Assembly: GCA_001783065.1 (NCBI GenBank) | Contig: MFQN01000019.1 | Coordinates: forward strand, 309 to 64,308 | Reading direction: 5' to 3' | DNA: 64,000 bases | DNA from: Candidatus Magasanikbacteria bacterium RIFCSPLOWO2_12_FULL_43_12 | GTDB lineage: Bacteria > Patescibacteriota > Patescibacteriia > Magasanikbacterales > UBA922 | Shown: positions 1-9,564 of the stretch, piece after piece | Numbering within the stretch: position 1 is the first letter of the stretch | Layout: every line of letters starts with the position of its first letter | The notes under the pieces: generated by a model | The model's input: only the letters and a program-made list of their open reading frames with translations | Database searches by the model: none | Told to the model about the DNA's origin: nothing | Made by a program: the position numbers and the translations under genes

Positions 1-1
1 T

Positions 2-1381
2 ATTTTAGCGCACGATGTTCAGCGCGCGGTGGATATGGAGGCGTTTAATCTGTATTTCCAGCTTTTATACGTGCCAGAACCGCGTACAATGTTTAAAAAT
101 ATAAAAAAACTGCCACCAGCGCACTATTTGCGTTTTAGAAATAATCAAATTAGTTTAGAAAGATACTGGCAGGTGGAAGATTTTTCCAATTTATCATCTT
201 ATGATGACGCAAAAAAACAAATCAAAACTCTTTTTCGCGACGCGATTCAAAAACAGTTGATTTCCGACCGGCCGGTGGGTGTCTTTCTTTCCGGCGGCAT
301 GGATTCCAGCGCGGTTTTGGGGGCGGTGAAAGAATTTCACGGCGGTAAAATAAAGACTTTTTCGGTTGGTTTTAAGGAGAGTACTGACCCAAATAAATTT
401 AACGCGGATTTTGAATTGGCGCGGAAGACAGCCAAACATTACAGCACTGATCATCACGAGCTTTTGGTTGGACCAGAAGATATAAAAGATAATTTGGAAA
501 AAATTGTTTGGCATTTGGATGAGCCGAATTCAAATGCCACGGCTGGCGCTGTGTTTTTGCTTTCACAATTGGCCAAACAAGAGGTGGCCGTGGTGCTGGG
601 AGGAGACGGTGGAGATGAATTGTTCGGCGGTTATCCGCGCTATTATTACAGCGCGTTGATTTCACTGGCCCGGCATTTGGTCCCTGGAATGATTAGAAAA
701 CTTATATCGCTAAAACTAAATTTACCCGCGAATGAACAAAGAATAGCGGCCTTTTTATGTCAGAAGCCGGCATTACTCGCCAAAGTTATTAACACGGGAG
801 TAATTAATCAGCAAGCGGCCACTTCTTATCTTAAGAGGCGGTTTTTCCCCAATCATCTGTGTAATCCTTTGTTAAATCAGTGTAATCAATGCTCTGATTT
901 TGAAAAATATTTCATGAATGTGGATCGCCAGAGCTGGCTGGTTGACGAATCGCTTTTGCGTACGAATAAAATGAGCATGGCTTTTGGGTTGGAGTCGCGA
1001 GTGCCAATTTTAGATCATCGTTTGATAGAATTGTCAGCGCGGATTCCTACCGCGTGGAAACTTTCGTTGTTGCAACGCCCGTCAGCATTTCAAGGCAAAC
1101 GGATTTGGCGCGACGCGATTCATGAGTATTTGCCAAACCATGTTTTGAATCAACAAAAGCGCGGTTGGTTCACGCCAATGGCTAAGTGGTTGCGTGGCGG
1201 ATTGCGAGATTTCGCGATAGAAATCTTATCACCGCAGAATTTGCCCGCGGAATATTTTAATACTTCTGAAGTGCAGAAAGTTTTTATTGATCATTTGGAA
1301 AGCAGGGAATATAATTTAAATATCGTTTGGGCTACGGTAATGTGGACATTGTGGTATCAGGAGTTTATTAAACACAGTTAG
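2..1381 (+). CDS. asnB: Asparagine synthase (glutamine-hydrolysing)-family amidotransferase, glycan-associated; 5'-truncated by the window edge
   Basis: FLSGGMDSS PP-loop, VLGGDGGDELFGGY, ESRVPILD and KRGW motifs. The frame is open upstream of position 29 to the window start, so the N-terminal glutaminase domain lies outside. Confidence 0.9.
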   Translation: MLAHDVQRAVDMEAFNLYFQLLYVPEPRTMFKNIKKLPPAHYLRFRNNQISLERYWQVEDFSNLSSYDDAKKQIKTLFRDAIQKQLISDRPVGVFLSGGMDSSAVLGAVKEFHGGKIKTFSVGFKESTDPNKFNADFELARKTAKHYSTDHHELLVGPEDIKDNLEKIVWHLDEPNSNATAGAVFLLSQLAKQEVAVVLGGDGGDELFGGYPRYYYSALISLARHLVPGMIRKLISLKLNLPANEQRIAAFLCQKPALLAKVINTGVINQQAATSYLKRRFFPNHLCNPLLNQCNQCSDFEKYFMNVDRQSWLVDESLLRTNKMSMAFGLESRVPILDHRLIELSARIPTAWKLSLLQRPSAFQGKRIWRDAIHEYLPNHVLNQQKRGWFTPMAKWLRGGLRDFAIEILSPQNLPAEYFNTSEVQKVFIDHLESREYNLNIVWATVMWTLWYQEFIKHS

Positions 1382-1385
1382 TTAT

Positions 1386-2867
1386 ATGTCTAAAAAACAA
1401 GAAATTTTCGTCCTTGCTTTGATTATGTTGGCGGCAGTGTTTTTATCTTCTTACTGTTTAAAAACCAGCCCGGCTTTTTGGTTTGATGAGGGGATTTTCT
1501 ATCAAGTTGTGAATAATTTGGCTGTCAATGGTCAATTGGGATTACCATTGTCGCCAACCACTTCAAGTGATCTATCTTTGATTTCCATGGGGTATCCAAT
1601 ATTTTTACCAGCCGTCTTGGCTTTTAAGATTTTTGGTTCGGGGGTGATAGTCATACGAATGGTAGCCATTGCCTTTTTGCTGGGATTTTTTATAGTTGCT
1701 TTTTTTCTAGCGAAAAAATTATATGGTTTACGAGTTGCTCTGGCTACGATGTTGCTTTTGGTAACTTTTTCTCCGCTTTATGGCAATGGTAAAAGTTTTT
1801 TGGGCGAAGTGCCCGGATTATTCTTTTTTCTGACGGGATTATTTATTTTGACTATTTTGGAACAATCAAAAATAAAGAGAATTTATTTGGCTTTTTTGGG
1901 AGGTATATTTTTCGGTTTTGCCGTTAGCGCTAAGCCGATATTTATTTTGATTTTACCGGCTCTCGCCGCTGGCCTTGCGGTACAGTGGCGCAATTTTTTG
2001 GCCAGTCGTCAAGATCGGCGAATTACCATTGCGCTCTTGGTGGGTTTGGGGTTTGCGGTGAACGTCTGGGTTTGGACACAGTTTGATCTTTCCACGACGT
2101 CAATTTCTTCAGTCTTTGGCCATTTTGTGAATCCAAATCATCTAGATAAAACGGCCCCGGCCATTTTTGTCAATTTATTGCGTTTTTTCACTGAATCAAC
2201 CCCGATGTTTTTTTTACTTCAATTATGTTTGGCGGTGTATTATTTTTTTTATTGTTTTAAGCGCCGCATCCATATTTCTGCCACGAAAACAATCATTTTT
2301 ACTTTTGCATTTTTGATTTTTGCCGCGTATCTTAGGAATGTTGGTTGGTATCGTTATTTTTTTCCTGGCCAGGTGATGGTTTATTTCTTTATGATTCCGG
2401 GTCTGTTAGCAATAGAAACAAAAATAAAAAACAGCAAATATTATGGACGTTATTTTGTACCTATTGTGTTTTCTGCAATCCTTGTGGTACAGATTTTACC
2501 CTTGTCAAAAAATGCTTTAACGTGTATTATTGATGCGCCAACTGCTATTGAGCCGTATTTAAAATCTCTAGACGAACATAGCCCAGTTCTTTTTTATAGT
2601 CTGCCCCAATTGGCGGCACGCTATGAAGGTTCAGCTGCCTATCAATATATCAAGATGAATAAAACTGTGATATTGGGTGAGGATAATTTAGATCTATTGA
2701 ATCAAGATTTTTTTTCTAGGATTTTTATTGAGGAGAATGATATGGTTGGAAAAGAACAACTCCCCTCATGTTTTAAATTAGATCAAACAATTCGTGGTAT
2801 AGATATATATCGACGAGATTTACAAATTTCCTGCAAAGCAACCACGTCAAGTGAGTCAAATATATGA
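1386..2867 (+). CDS. ArnT/PMT-like GT-C membrane glycosyltransferase
   Basis: Multi-TM protein with WFDEG..Y in the first loop, an R...F....KKLYG segment, AKP and RYFFP motifs, and a soluble C-terminal domain. Confidence 0.8.
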   Translation: MSKKQEIFVLALIMLAAVFLSSYCLKTSPAFWFDEGIFYQVVNNLAVNGQLGLPLSPTTSSDLSLISMGYPIFLPAVLAFKIFGSGVIVIRMVAIAFLLGFFIVAFFLAKKLYGLRVALATMLLLVTFSPLYGNGKSFLGEVPGLFFFLTGLFILTILEQSKIKRIYLAFLGGIFFGFAVSAKPIFILILPALAAGLAVQWRNFLASRQDRRITIALLVGLGFAVNVWVWTQFDLSTTSISSVFGHFVNPNHLDKTAPAIFVNLLRFFTESTPMFFLLQLCLAVYYFFYCFKRRIHISATKTIIFTFAFLIFAAYLRNVGWYRYFFPGQVMVYFFMIPGLLAIETKIKNSKYYGRYFVPIVFSAILVVQILPLSKNALTCIIDAPTAIEPYLKSLDEHSPVLFYSLPQLAARYEGSAAYQYIKMNKTVILGEDNLDLLNQDFFSRIFIEENDMVGKEQLPSCFKLDQTIRGIDIYRRDLQISCKATTSSESNI

Positions 2868-3829
2868 ATAAAAAATTGGTGAATATAAATATAAATTTTG
2901 ATTCTTTATTTTTTCCATTATCAATTGATCGGTGTTCCATGACAGACCCGTCCTTTTTTGTTATTGCTGATAGATTTTTTGAATTTTCACTAAAATATAA
3001 TTTCAAATACACAATATTTATTATTGGCAAGGATCTGGAGAACCCCGAAGTGGCGGCGCGGGTTCGTTCTTGGGCGGAGGCGGGACACGAAATCGGCAAT
3101 CATTCTTATACTCACAACCCAAATCTCGGGAGTTTATCTAGACAGGAAATGGAATTTGAGGTGATGAAATCTCACGAACTTATAACTAACTGTATCGGTT
3201 ATGAACCTAAAGGTTTTATCAGTCCATCTTGGAGTACCAGTGGTGATTTGATTGAAATTTTAATGAAAGCGGGTTATATTTATGATACTTCAGTTTTTCC
3301 TTCTTATTTTCAGTATTTCGTATTAATGAAATTGATGTTTTTGACCGGCCAAAAACATCCAAATTTTCATCCGAGTTTTGGTCTTCGTCGTGATAAGTTG
3401 GCGTTCTTTTTTGCTCCCCGTCGTCCTTATTTTATAGGTCCGGAATCTTTGATTAAAAAGAAATCCGAGGGTTTGCTGATGCTTCCGCTTCCTGTTGCCA
3501 CCGCCCTGCGTATACCCTGCTGGCATACTATGTATTTTGTTTTTGGTAAACATCTTATGAATTGGCTTTTACTAAAAACTATACGTGAACACGAGTATTT
3601 TTATTATTTGGTTCACCCAAAGGATTTAGTAAACTATAAGACCGATTTATTGGATGAATTTAAAAATAAATATAATACTGAATTAGCTGTTTTCGAAAGT
3701 TTGAAAATGCCAATTGAGGAAAAGACGTCATATATGGATCAGGCATTGAGTTTGTTAGCAGCTAGTGGTAGAAAATTTGTAACCATGCGAAAGATGGCGG
3801 AGAATATAATTCAGCAGTCAAAATTATAA
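2864..3829 (+). CDS. NodB/CE4-family polysaccharide deacetylase (or deformylase)
   Basis: TIFIIG, GHEIGNHSYTH metal-binding motif, GFISPSW and YDTS motifs; ATGA overlap with the upstream gene. Confidence 0.85.
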   Translation: MNKKLVNININFDSLFFPLSIDRCSMTDPSFFVIADRFFEFSLKYNFKYTIFIIGKDLENPEVAARVRSWAEAGHEIGNHSYTHNPNLGSLSRQEMEFEVMKSHELITNCIGYEPKGFISPSWSTSGDLIEILMKAGYIYDTSVFPSYFQYFVLMKLMFLTGQKHPNFHPSFGLRRDKLAFFFAPRRPYFIGPESLIKKKSEGLLMLPLPVATALRIPCWHTMYFVFGKHLMNWLLLKTIREHEYFYYLVHPKDLVNYKTDLLDEFKNKYNTELAVFESLKMPIEEKTSYMDQALSLLAASGRKFVTMRKMAENIIQQSKL

Positions 3830-3837
3830 GTATTGTT

Positions 3838-4620
3838 ATGCGCATTGTAATTTTCACCGAGGAGGAATACACTTTTATGTTTGAGCCCTTCCGGCAGTTA
3901 TTGCGTGATTTAAAACACGCAGGACACCAGACGGTCGGGATTTTTATTTTTCCGGCGATTTTGGGAAAATATAAAGGTTTCCGGATTTATTTATATTATC
4001 TTAAAACATTTGGATTAAGTGTTTTCGTTAAATTAGTCATAATGGTATTGGGAGAGATAATTAGGCGTTTTTTTCGCTCTTTTTGGAATAAAGAGCCATA
4101 TAACTATCGCGCTTTGGGAAAAGAGTTTGGGGTGCCAATAATTTATGAAAAGAACCCCAATAGTTCAGGAGTAGTTGGGTGGGTTCAGGAAAATAATGTT
4201 GATGTAATTTTTATTTCTTTTGGTCATATAATTAAGAATCCGCTTATCCATGCTGCGAAGATTGCTGTGGTAAATAAGCACAGCGCCCTCTTGCCGGCCT
4301 ATCGTGGCCTTTTTCCGGTTTTTTGGACGCTATTGGAAGGAAAAATTTCGGTTGGATCCACAGTACACAAAGTGGTATCTGCTATTGACGCCGGAGAGAT
4401 TCTCTTCCAGAGATCTTATGACCATCTTGAAAATAAAACGGTTTTTTGCTATTATAAACAAATATATTCCGATTTACCAAGTTCTTTGTTACGGTCGCTT
4501 GAAATTCTTGAGGGCAAACGTCAGAAAGAAATGATAGTTAATACGTTACCTTCGTATTTTGGTTTACCTTCCAGAGCTGATTATAAAAGATTATTAAATA
4601 AAGGATATAAATTTATATGA
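3838..4620 (+). CDS. N10-formyl-THF-dependent sugar N-formyltransferase
   Basis: VNKHSALLPAYRG..P.FW and TVH....IDAGEI formyltransferase motifs. Confidence 0.85.
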   Translation: MRIVIFTEEEYTFMFEPFRQLLRDLKHAGHQTVGIFIFPAILGKYKGFRIYLYYLKTFGLSVFVKLVIMVLGEIIRRFFRSFWNKEPYNYRALGKEFGVPIIYEKNPNSSGVVGWVQENNVDVIFISFGHIIKNPLIHAAKIAVVNKHSALLPAYRGLFPVFWTLLEGKISVGSTVHKVVSAIDAGEILFQRSYDHLENKTVFCYYKQIYSDLPSSLLRSLEILEGKRQKEMIVNTLPSYFGLPSRADYKRLLNKGYKFI

Positions 4621-5540
4621 AAATTCTTATTACCGGCGGAGCCGGATTTCAAGGCAGTCATCTGGCAGAACGGCTAAATCAGCTCGGGCATGAAGTAAGC
4701 ATCCTTAATACTTTGACTCCGCAGTCTTCGGGCAACAAAAAATATCTGGAAGGGAAGTGCGAGGTTATTTGGGGTTCTATCACTGACGCTGAAGTTACTG
4801 AAAAAGCGATGCGAGACAAGGAAGTTGTTTACCATTTAGGGGCGCGAATCAATGTTGATGAGTCAATCCAGCATCCTTGGGAGACGGTTGAAGTGAATGT
4901 GCGCGGCACCTTAAACGTGCTGGAGGCGGCGCGAAAGTCCGGAGCTCGCGTTATTCACACGTCCACGTGCGAAGTGTATGGCCGGCCGGAGCGCACGCCG
5001 ATAACGGAAACCGCTGAATTAAGGCCGATGAGTCCATATGCCGCGTCAAAAGCCGGAGCTGATCGCCTTTGTTTTGCTTACGTCCAAACTTATAAAATGA
5101 ATATAATAATTCCGCGTTTTTTCAATATTTTTGGCGAACGGCAAAAAGAATCTAATTTTGGCGCCGTGATTCCGATTTTCGTCGGCCGCGCTATGCGCGG
5201 CGAACCGATTAAAGTTTTTGGCAGCGGCCAGCAGACGCGCGATTATGTTTATATTTCTGATGTTATTGACGCTTATTGTCTCTTATTGGATCATCCGGAG
5301 TTGTCCGGCGAGGCAATCAATTTCGGCAGCGGCATCGGCACGCGCATTCGCGATATCGCTGAATATATTGCAAAAAAATTTAATACACAGGTAGAATACA
5401 CCGAGCCGCGGCCAGGCGAGGCATCAGAAATGGTGGCCGACTATTCTAAAGCTAAAAGACTGTTGGGTTGGGAGCCGAAGGTTAATTTTTATGAAGGGTT
5501 GGACCGCTATATCACCTGGAGGAAAAATTTGAATGTATGA
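4617..5540 (+). CDS. NAD-dependent epimerase/dehydratase (extended SDR)
   Basis: ITGGAGFQG, STCEVYG, YAASK, RFFNIFG and TRDYVY motifs. Confidence 0.9.
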   Translation: MKILITGGAGFQGSHLAERLNQLGHEVSILNTLTPQSSGNKKYLEGKCEVIWGSITDAEVTEKAMRDKEVVYHLGARINVDESIQHPWETVEVNVRGTLNVLEAARKSGARVIHTSTCEVYGRPERTPITETAELRPMSPYAASKAGADRLCFAYVQTYKMNIIIPRFFNIFGERQKESNFGAVIPIFVGRAMRGEPIKVFGSGQQTRDYVYISDVIDAYCLLLDHPELSGEAINFGSGIGTRIRDIAEYIAKKFNTQVEYTEPRPGEASEMVADYSKAKRLLGWEPKVNFYEGLDRYITWRKNLNV

Positions 5541-6625
5541 AAAAGAAATTTTGTTTAATCTTTGGCACCAGGCCGGAAATCATTAAAATGGCCCCGTTTA
5601 TTCATGAGGCCATAAAACGTAAAATAAATTTTTTCGTCATTCATACCGGCCAGCATTACTCGGAAGTGATGGATAAGGTTTTTTGGGAGAATTTGGAATT
5701 GCCGGATCCCAAATACAATCTTGGCGTCGGTTCCGGAAGCCACGCGGAACAAGTCGGCAAGATGATGATTGAGACTGAAAAAGTTTTGCAGGTAGAAAAA
5801 CCTGATTATGTCTGCGTGTACGCTGATTTAAATAGTTCTATTGCCGGGGCATTGACCGCGGCAAAAATGGGGATTTCCATCGTTCAATTAGAAGCAGGTT
5901 TGCGTTCCTTTGACCGCGCGATGCCGGAAGAAGTTAATCGCTTGGTGGTAGACAGATTAGCGCAATATTTTTTTGCCCCCACCGAACTTCAACACCAGCA
6001 TTTGCTGGCCGAGGGAATTTCTCAAAATATTTTTGTGGTGGGCAATTTAATTGCTGATGTCATCGCAAAAAATTTATCTAAGGCTTTGGATAGCAGCGCC
6101 ATTATGGGATATTTGGCCTTAACTCCTAAAAATTATTTTTTAATGACTACCCATCGTCCGGCTGTGGTTGATAAAAAGGAAGTTTTCTCAAAAATTTTCA
6201 CTGCCGTAGGCAGAGTAGCCAATGAATTTAATTTGCCGGTTATTTATCCGATCCATCCTCGGTCTAGAAAAAATTTAGAAAATTTTTCTTTGATTGTTCC
6301 GACCGATGTGCGTTTGATAGATCCTTTGGGCTATTTTGATTTTTTAACTCTTTCAGCAAATGCCAAGTTGATTTTATCTGATTCCGGCGGCATCCAAGAA
6401 GAAGCGGCGATTATGCGCGTGCCACTCGTCACTTTGCGCGAGAATACCGAGCGCCAAGAAACTCTTACTCTTGGGTCAAATATTTTGGCAGGCTTTGAAC
6501 CAATCGCTATTCTTGAAAAAACGCAAGAAATGCTGGAAAGGCCTGCCAATTGGCAGCATCCTTACGGTGAAAACGTGGCAAAAAAAATGTGGGATGTCTT
6601 GGAGCGAGCCGCAAGTATCAATTGA
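5537..6625 (+). CDS. wecB: UDP-N-acetylglucosamine 2-epimerase (non-hydrolysing)
   Basis: GTRPEIIK, HTGQHY, EAGLRSFD..MPEEVNR, SDSGGIQEEA and RENTERQE motifs. Confidence 0.92.
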   Translation: MKKKFCLIFGTRPEIIKMAPFIHEAIKRKINFFVIHTGQHYSEVMDKVFWENLELPDPKYNLGVGSGSHAEQVGKMMIETEKVLQVEKPDYVCVYADLNSSIAGALTAAKMGISIVQLEAGLRSFDRAMPEEVNRLVVDRLAQYFFAPTELQHQHLLAEGISQNIFVVGNLIADVIAKNLSKALDSSAIMGYLALTPKNYFLMTTHRPAVVDKKEVFSKIFTAVGRVANEFNLPVIYPIHPRSRKNLENFSLIVPTDVRLIDPLGYFDFLTLSANAKLILSDSGGIQEEAAIMRVPLVTLRENTERQETLTLGSNILAGFEPIAILEKTQEMLERPANWQHPYGENVAKKMWDVLERAASIN

Positions 6626-6637
6626 TTTTTTCTTTGT

Positions 6638-7360
6638 ATGACAGAAGTCAACCGCAAACTGTCAGTGATTATCCCTTGCTGCAATGAGGAACAAAATATT
6701 CCGCGTTTTACCACGGAGCTGTGGCCGATTTTAGAATCACTGAAATTGGATTTTGAGGTGATTATAGTTGATGATGGTTCTAAAGATAATACCGTCGTTG
6801 AGGTTAAAAAAATAAATAAACCACAATTGCGCTTGGCGCGGCATGAAGTAAACACGGGGCTGGGCGCGGCGATGCGCACCGGGATTACCGCTGCCACGGG
6901 ATATTGGTTGATTTTTTTAGATGCTGACCTTACTTTTCATCCAAATATTATTCCAAATTTATTGGAGACGGCAGATAAGCATCCGGATGCGGATTTTGTC
7001 ATCGGTTCGCCAAATTTAGGCGGTTATGGCAAAGATATTCCGGCTTGGCGGCTTTGGATCAGCAAACTGGCGAACTTAATCTACCGCGTGTTATTGGGCC
7101 GGCCAGTGACTTCAATCAATCAAATTTTTCGTTTATACAAAACGGAGCAATTAAAACAACTGTCATTGTCGGCGGTTGGATTTGACATCAACGCCGAGAT
7201 TTTATTCAAACTGGTTTTTAGCGGCAGAAAGTTTAAGGAGGTGCCGGCGGAATTAACTGCGCGCCTGTTTGGTGTTTCAAAATTGAATTATGGCCGCGAG
7301 ATTAGGCGGCATTTGGTATTGGTATTTAAAATTTTGAAATGGAAATTTTTTGGATTTTGA
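6638..7360 (+). CDS. GT2 polyprenol-phosphate glycosyltransferase (DPM1/ArnC-like)
   Basis: SVIIPCCNEE, VDDGSKD, N.GLGAA..TG, LDADL and EVP.....R..G.SKL motifs. Confidence 0.85.
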   Translation: MTEVNRKLSVIIPCCNEEQNIPRFTTELWPILESLKLDFEVIIVDDGSKDNTVVEVKKINKPQLRLARHEVNTGLGAAMRTGITAATGYWLIFLDADLTFHPNIIPNLLETADKHPDADFVIGSPNLGGYGKDIPAWRLWISKLANLIYRVLLGRPVTSINQIFRLYKTEQLKQLSLSAVGFDINAEILFKLVFSGRKFKEVPAELTARLFGVSKLNYGREIRRHLVLVFKILKWKFFGF

Positions 7361-7363
7361 AAT

Positions 7364-8308
7364 ATGTTTGAGTTTGCGGGCAAAAAAATATTGGTTACCG
7401 GAGGGGCGGGTTTTTTAGGTAATGCCGTTGTTAAGGAATTGGCAAAGCAAGGAGTTAACCAAACCGACATTGCCGTTCCCCGTTCGCGGGAATTTGATTT
7501 GCGGGAAAAAAATAATTGTCTGCTTCTGACTCGGGACGTAGATTTGGTGCTCCACCTCGCGGGGAATGTCGGTGGGATCGGGAAGAATCAACGGTTGCCG
7601 GGGACCTTATTTTACGACAACGCGATAATGGGAATTGAGTTAATGGAAGCGGCGCGAAAAAATCAAGTGAAAAAATTTGTTTGTTTGGGGACTATTTGCG
7701 CCTATCCTAAATATACGCCGGTGCCTTTTCGCGAGGAGGATTTGTGGATCGGCTATCCGGAAGAAACCAACGCGTCTTACGGCTTAGCCAAGAAAATGCT
7801 TTTAGTTCAGGCACAGGCTTATCGCCAAGAATTTGGTTTTAATGTTATCTATTTATTGCCGGTAAATATGTATGGGCCAGGGGATAATTTTAATCCGGAC
7901 AGTTCGCATGTTATACCCGCCACGATAAAAAAGATTTGCGATGCTAAAACTAGAGGAGATGAATTCGTGGAGATGTGGGGAGACGGCACGCCGACGCGCG
8001 AATTTTTGTATGTGGAAGACGCCGCGCGCGGCATTATCTTGGCCGCGCAATATTATGACAAAGCGGAACCGGTAAATTTGGGGTCTGGCGGAGAAATTTC
8101 CATTAAAGATTTGGTGACATTCATCGCCGGAATGCTGGAGTTTAAAGGCGAGATCCGCTGGGATACCAGTAAGCCTAATGGCCAGCCGCGACGGCTTTTA
8201 GACGTATCGCGAGCGGAAAAAGAATTTCAATTTAAAGCGCAAGTATCATTTAGAGATGGTTTGCAAAAAACAATTGAATGGTATTTAAAAAATATCAACT
8301 ATGAATAA
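7364..8308 (+). CDS. fcl: GDP-L-fucose synthase family (epimerase/reductase)
   Basis: VGGIG.N, TICAYPK, EETNASYGLAKK, PVNMYGPGDNF...SHVIP, WGDGTPTREFLYVED and KPNGQPRR motifs. Confidence 0.88.
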   Translation: MFEFAGKKILVTGGAGFLGNAVVKELAKQGVNQTDIAVPRSREFDLREKNNCLLLTRDVDLVLHLAGNVGGIGKNQRLPGTLFYDNAIMGIELMEAARKNQVKKFVCLGTICAYPKYTPVPFREEDLWIGYPEETNASYGLAKKMLLVQAQAYRQEFGFNVIYLLPVNMYGPGDNFNPDSSHVIPATIKKICDAKTRGDEFVEMWGDGTPTREFLYVEDAARGIILAAQYYDKAEPVNLGSGGEISIKDLVTFIAGMLEFKGEIRWDTSKPNGQPRRLLDVSRAEKEFQFKAQVSFRDGLQKTIEWYLKNINYE

Positions 8309-9557
8309 AAATGAACACCAATGGCGAACGCGTTACTATAATCATTTGTTTGAGCGGTTTTTTCAGTTTATAATTCCTCCCGGAGCGTCAGTGCTTGAAA
8401 TCAGCGTTGGAATTCAGGAATTGAAAAGACAAGAAAAATTCGACTTTGTGCTATTGCCTAATGTGATTGGCAGTTTGGACGATGTGCAGAAGTGTTTTGA
8501 GGAATTACATCGAGTGGTAGATGAGCAAAGTAGAGTTATTATCACTTCGTATAATCATCTTTGGAGCGGTGTGTTAAGATTGTTAGAGTGGCTACGTCTT
8601 AAAACAGCCCAGCCGAATCAGAATTGGCTTTCCAGCCAAGATGTTGTAAATTTATTGTCTTTGGCGCGGTTTGAAATAGTAAAAAGGGGAGCGTTTATTC
8701 TGTTTCCCATATATGTGCCGATAGCGTCGTCTTTTTTAAATAAATACTTGGCCCGTTTGCCGTTAATACGTCATTTGTGTCTGGTTAATTATTTTGTGGC
8801 GCGGCCGTGTTTTAATCATTATTCAGATAAAGAATATACAGTTTCGGTAATTATTCCGGCTCGCAACGAGGCGGGTAATATTGAGAATGCAATAACCCGT
8901 TTGCCGAGGCTTGGCAGCCGGACGGAAATAATTTTTGTGGAAGGCGGGTCAAGAGACAATACTCGCGACGATATATTCAGGGTTATAGAAAAATATAAAG
9001 ACAAGAAAGATATAATCTTTGTTAACCAGGGAGGCGGAAAGGGCAAGGGTGACGCGGTTCGTAAAGGGTTCGCGCGCGCGACCGGCGACATATTGATGAT
9101 TCTTGACGCGGATTTGACAGTTCAGCCGGAAGATTTGCCGAAATTTTATCAAGCCATCCGCACCCGCCAAGGGGAGTTTATTATGGGTACGCGGCTGGTT
9201 TATCCGATGGAAAAAGACGCCATGCGATTTTTGAATATCATTGGCAATAAATTTTTTAGCCTGGCTTTCAGCTGGCTGTTAGAGCAGCCGATAAAGGATA
9301 CTCTGTGCGGCACAAAAGTTATTTTCAGAAAAGATTATGAAAGGTTGGCGCAAAACCGTTCATATTTTGGCGATTTTGATCCGTTTGGCGATTTTGATTT
9401 AATCTTTGGAGCGGCGAAGATGAATTTAAAGATAGTGGAAATCCCAATTCGTTATCAAGCGAGGAAATACGGTTCCACTAATATCAGCCGGTTTAGCCAC
9501 GGCTGGTTGTTGCTGAAAATGACAGTGTTTGCCGCGCGGAAGATAAAATTTATTTAG
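8301..9557 (+). CDS. GT2 (DPM1-like) glycosyltransferase with a degenerate N-terminal methyltransferase-like domain
   Basis: C-terminal SVIIPARNEAGNI, GKGDAVRKGF, LDADL, DTLCGTK and DPFGDFDLIFGA motifs; the N-terminus resembles a shortened class I methyltransferase. Confidence 0.85.
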   Translation: MNKNEHQWRTRYYNHLFERFFQFIIPPGASVLEISVGIQELKRQEKFDFVLLPNVIGSLDDVQKCFEELHRVVDEQSRVIITSYNHLWSGVLRLLEWLRLKTAQPNQNWLSSQDVVNLLSLARFEIVKRGAFILFPIYVPIASSFLNKYLARLPLIRHLCLVNYFVARPCFNHYSDKEYTVSVIIPARNEAGNIENAITRLPRLGSRTEIIFVEGGSRDNTRDDIFRVIEKYKDKKDIIFVNQGGGKGKGDAVRKGFARATGDILMILDADLTVQPEDLPKFYQAIRTRQGEFIMGTRLVYPMEKDAMRFLNIIGNKFFSLAFSWLLEQPIKDTLCGTKVIFRKDYERLAQNRSYFGDFDPFGDFDLIFGAAKMNLKIVEIPIRYQARKYGSTNISRFSHGWLLLKMTVFAARKIKFI

Positions 9558-9564
9558 TGTTTTT

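Noticed and set aside
2-1381. Housekeeping asparagine synthetase
   Set aside because: It is embedded in a glycan operon, where AsnB paralogues typically amidate sugar carboxyl groups; asparagine synthesis cannot be strictly excluded.
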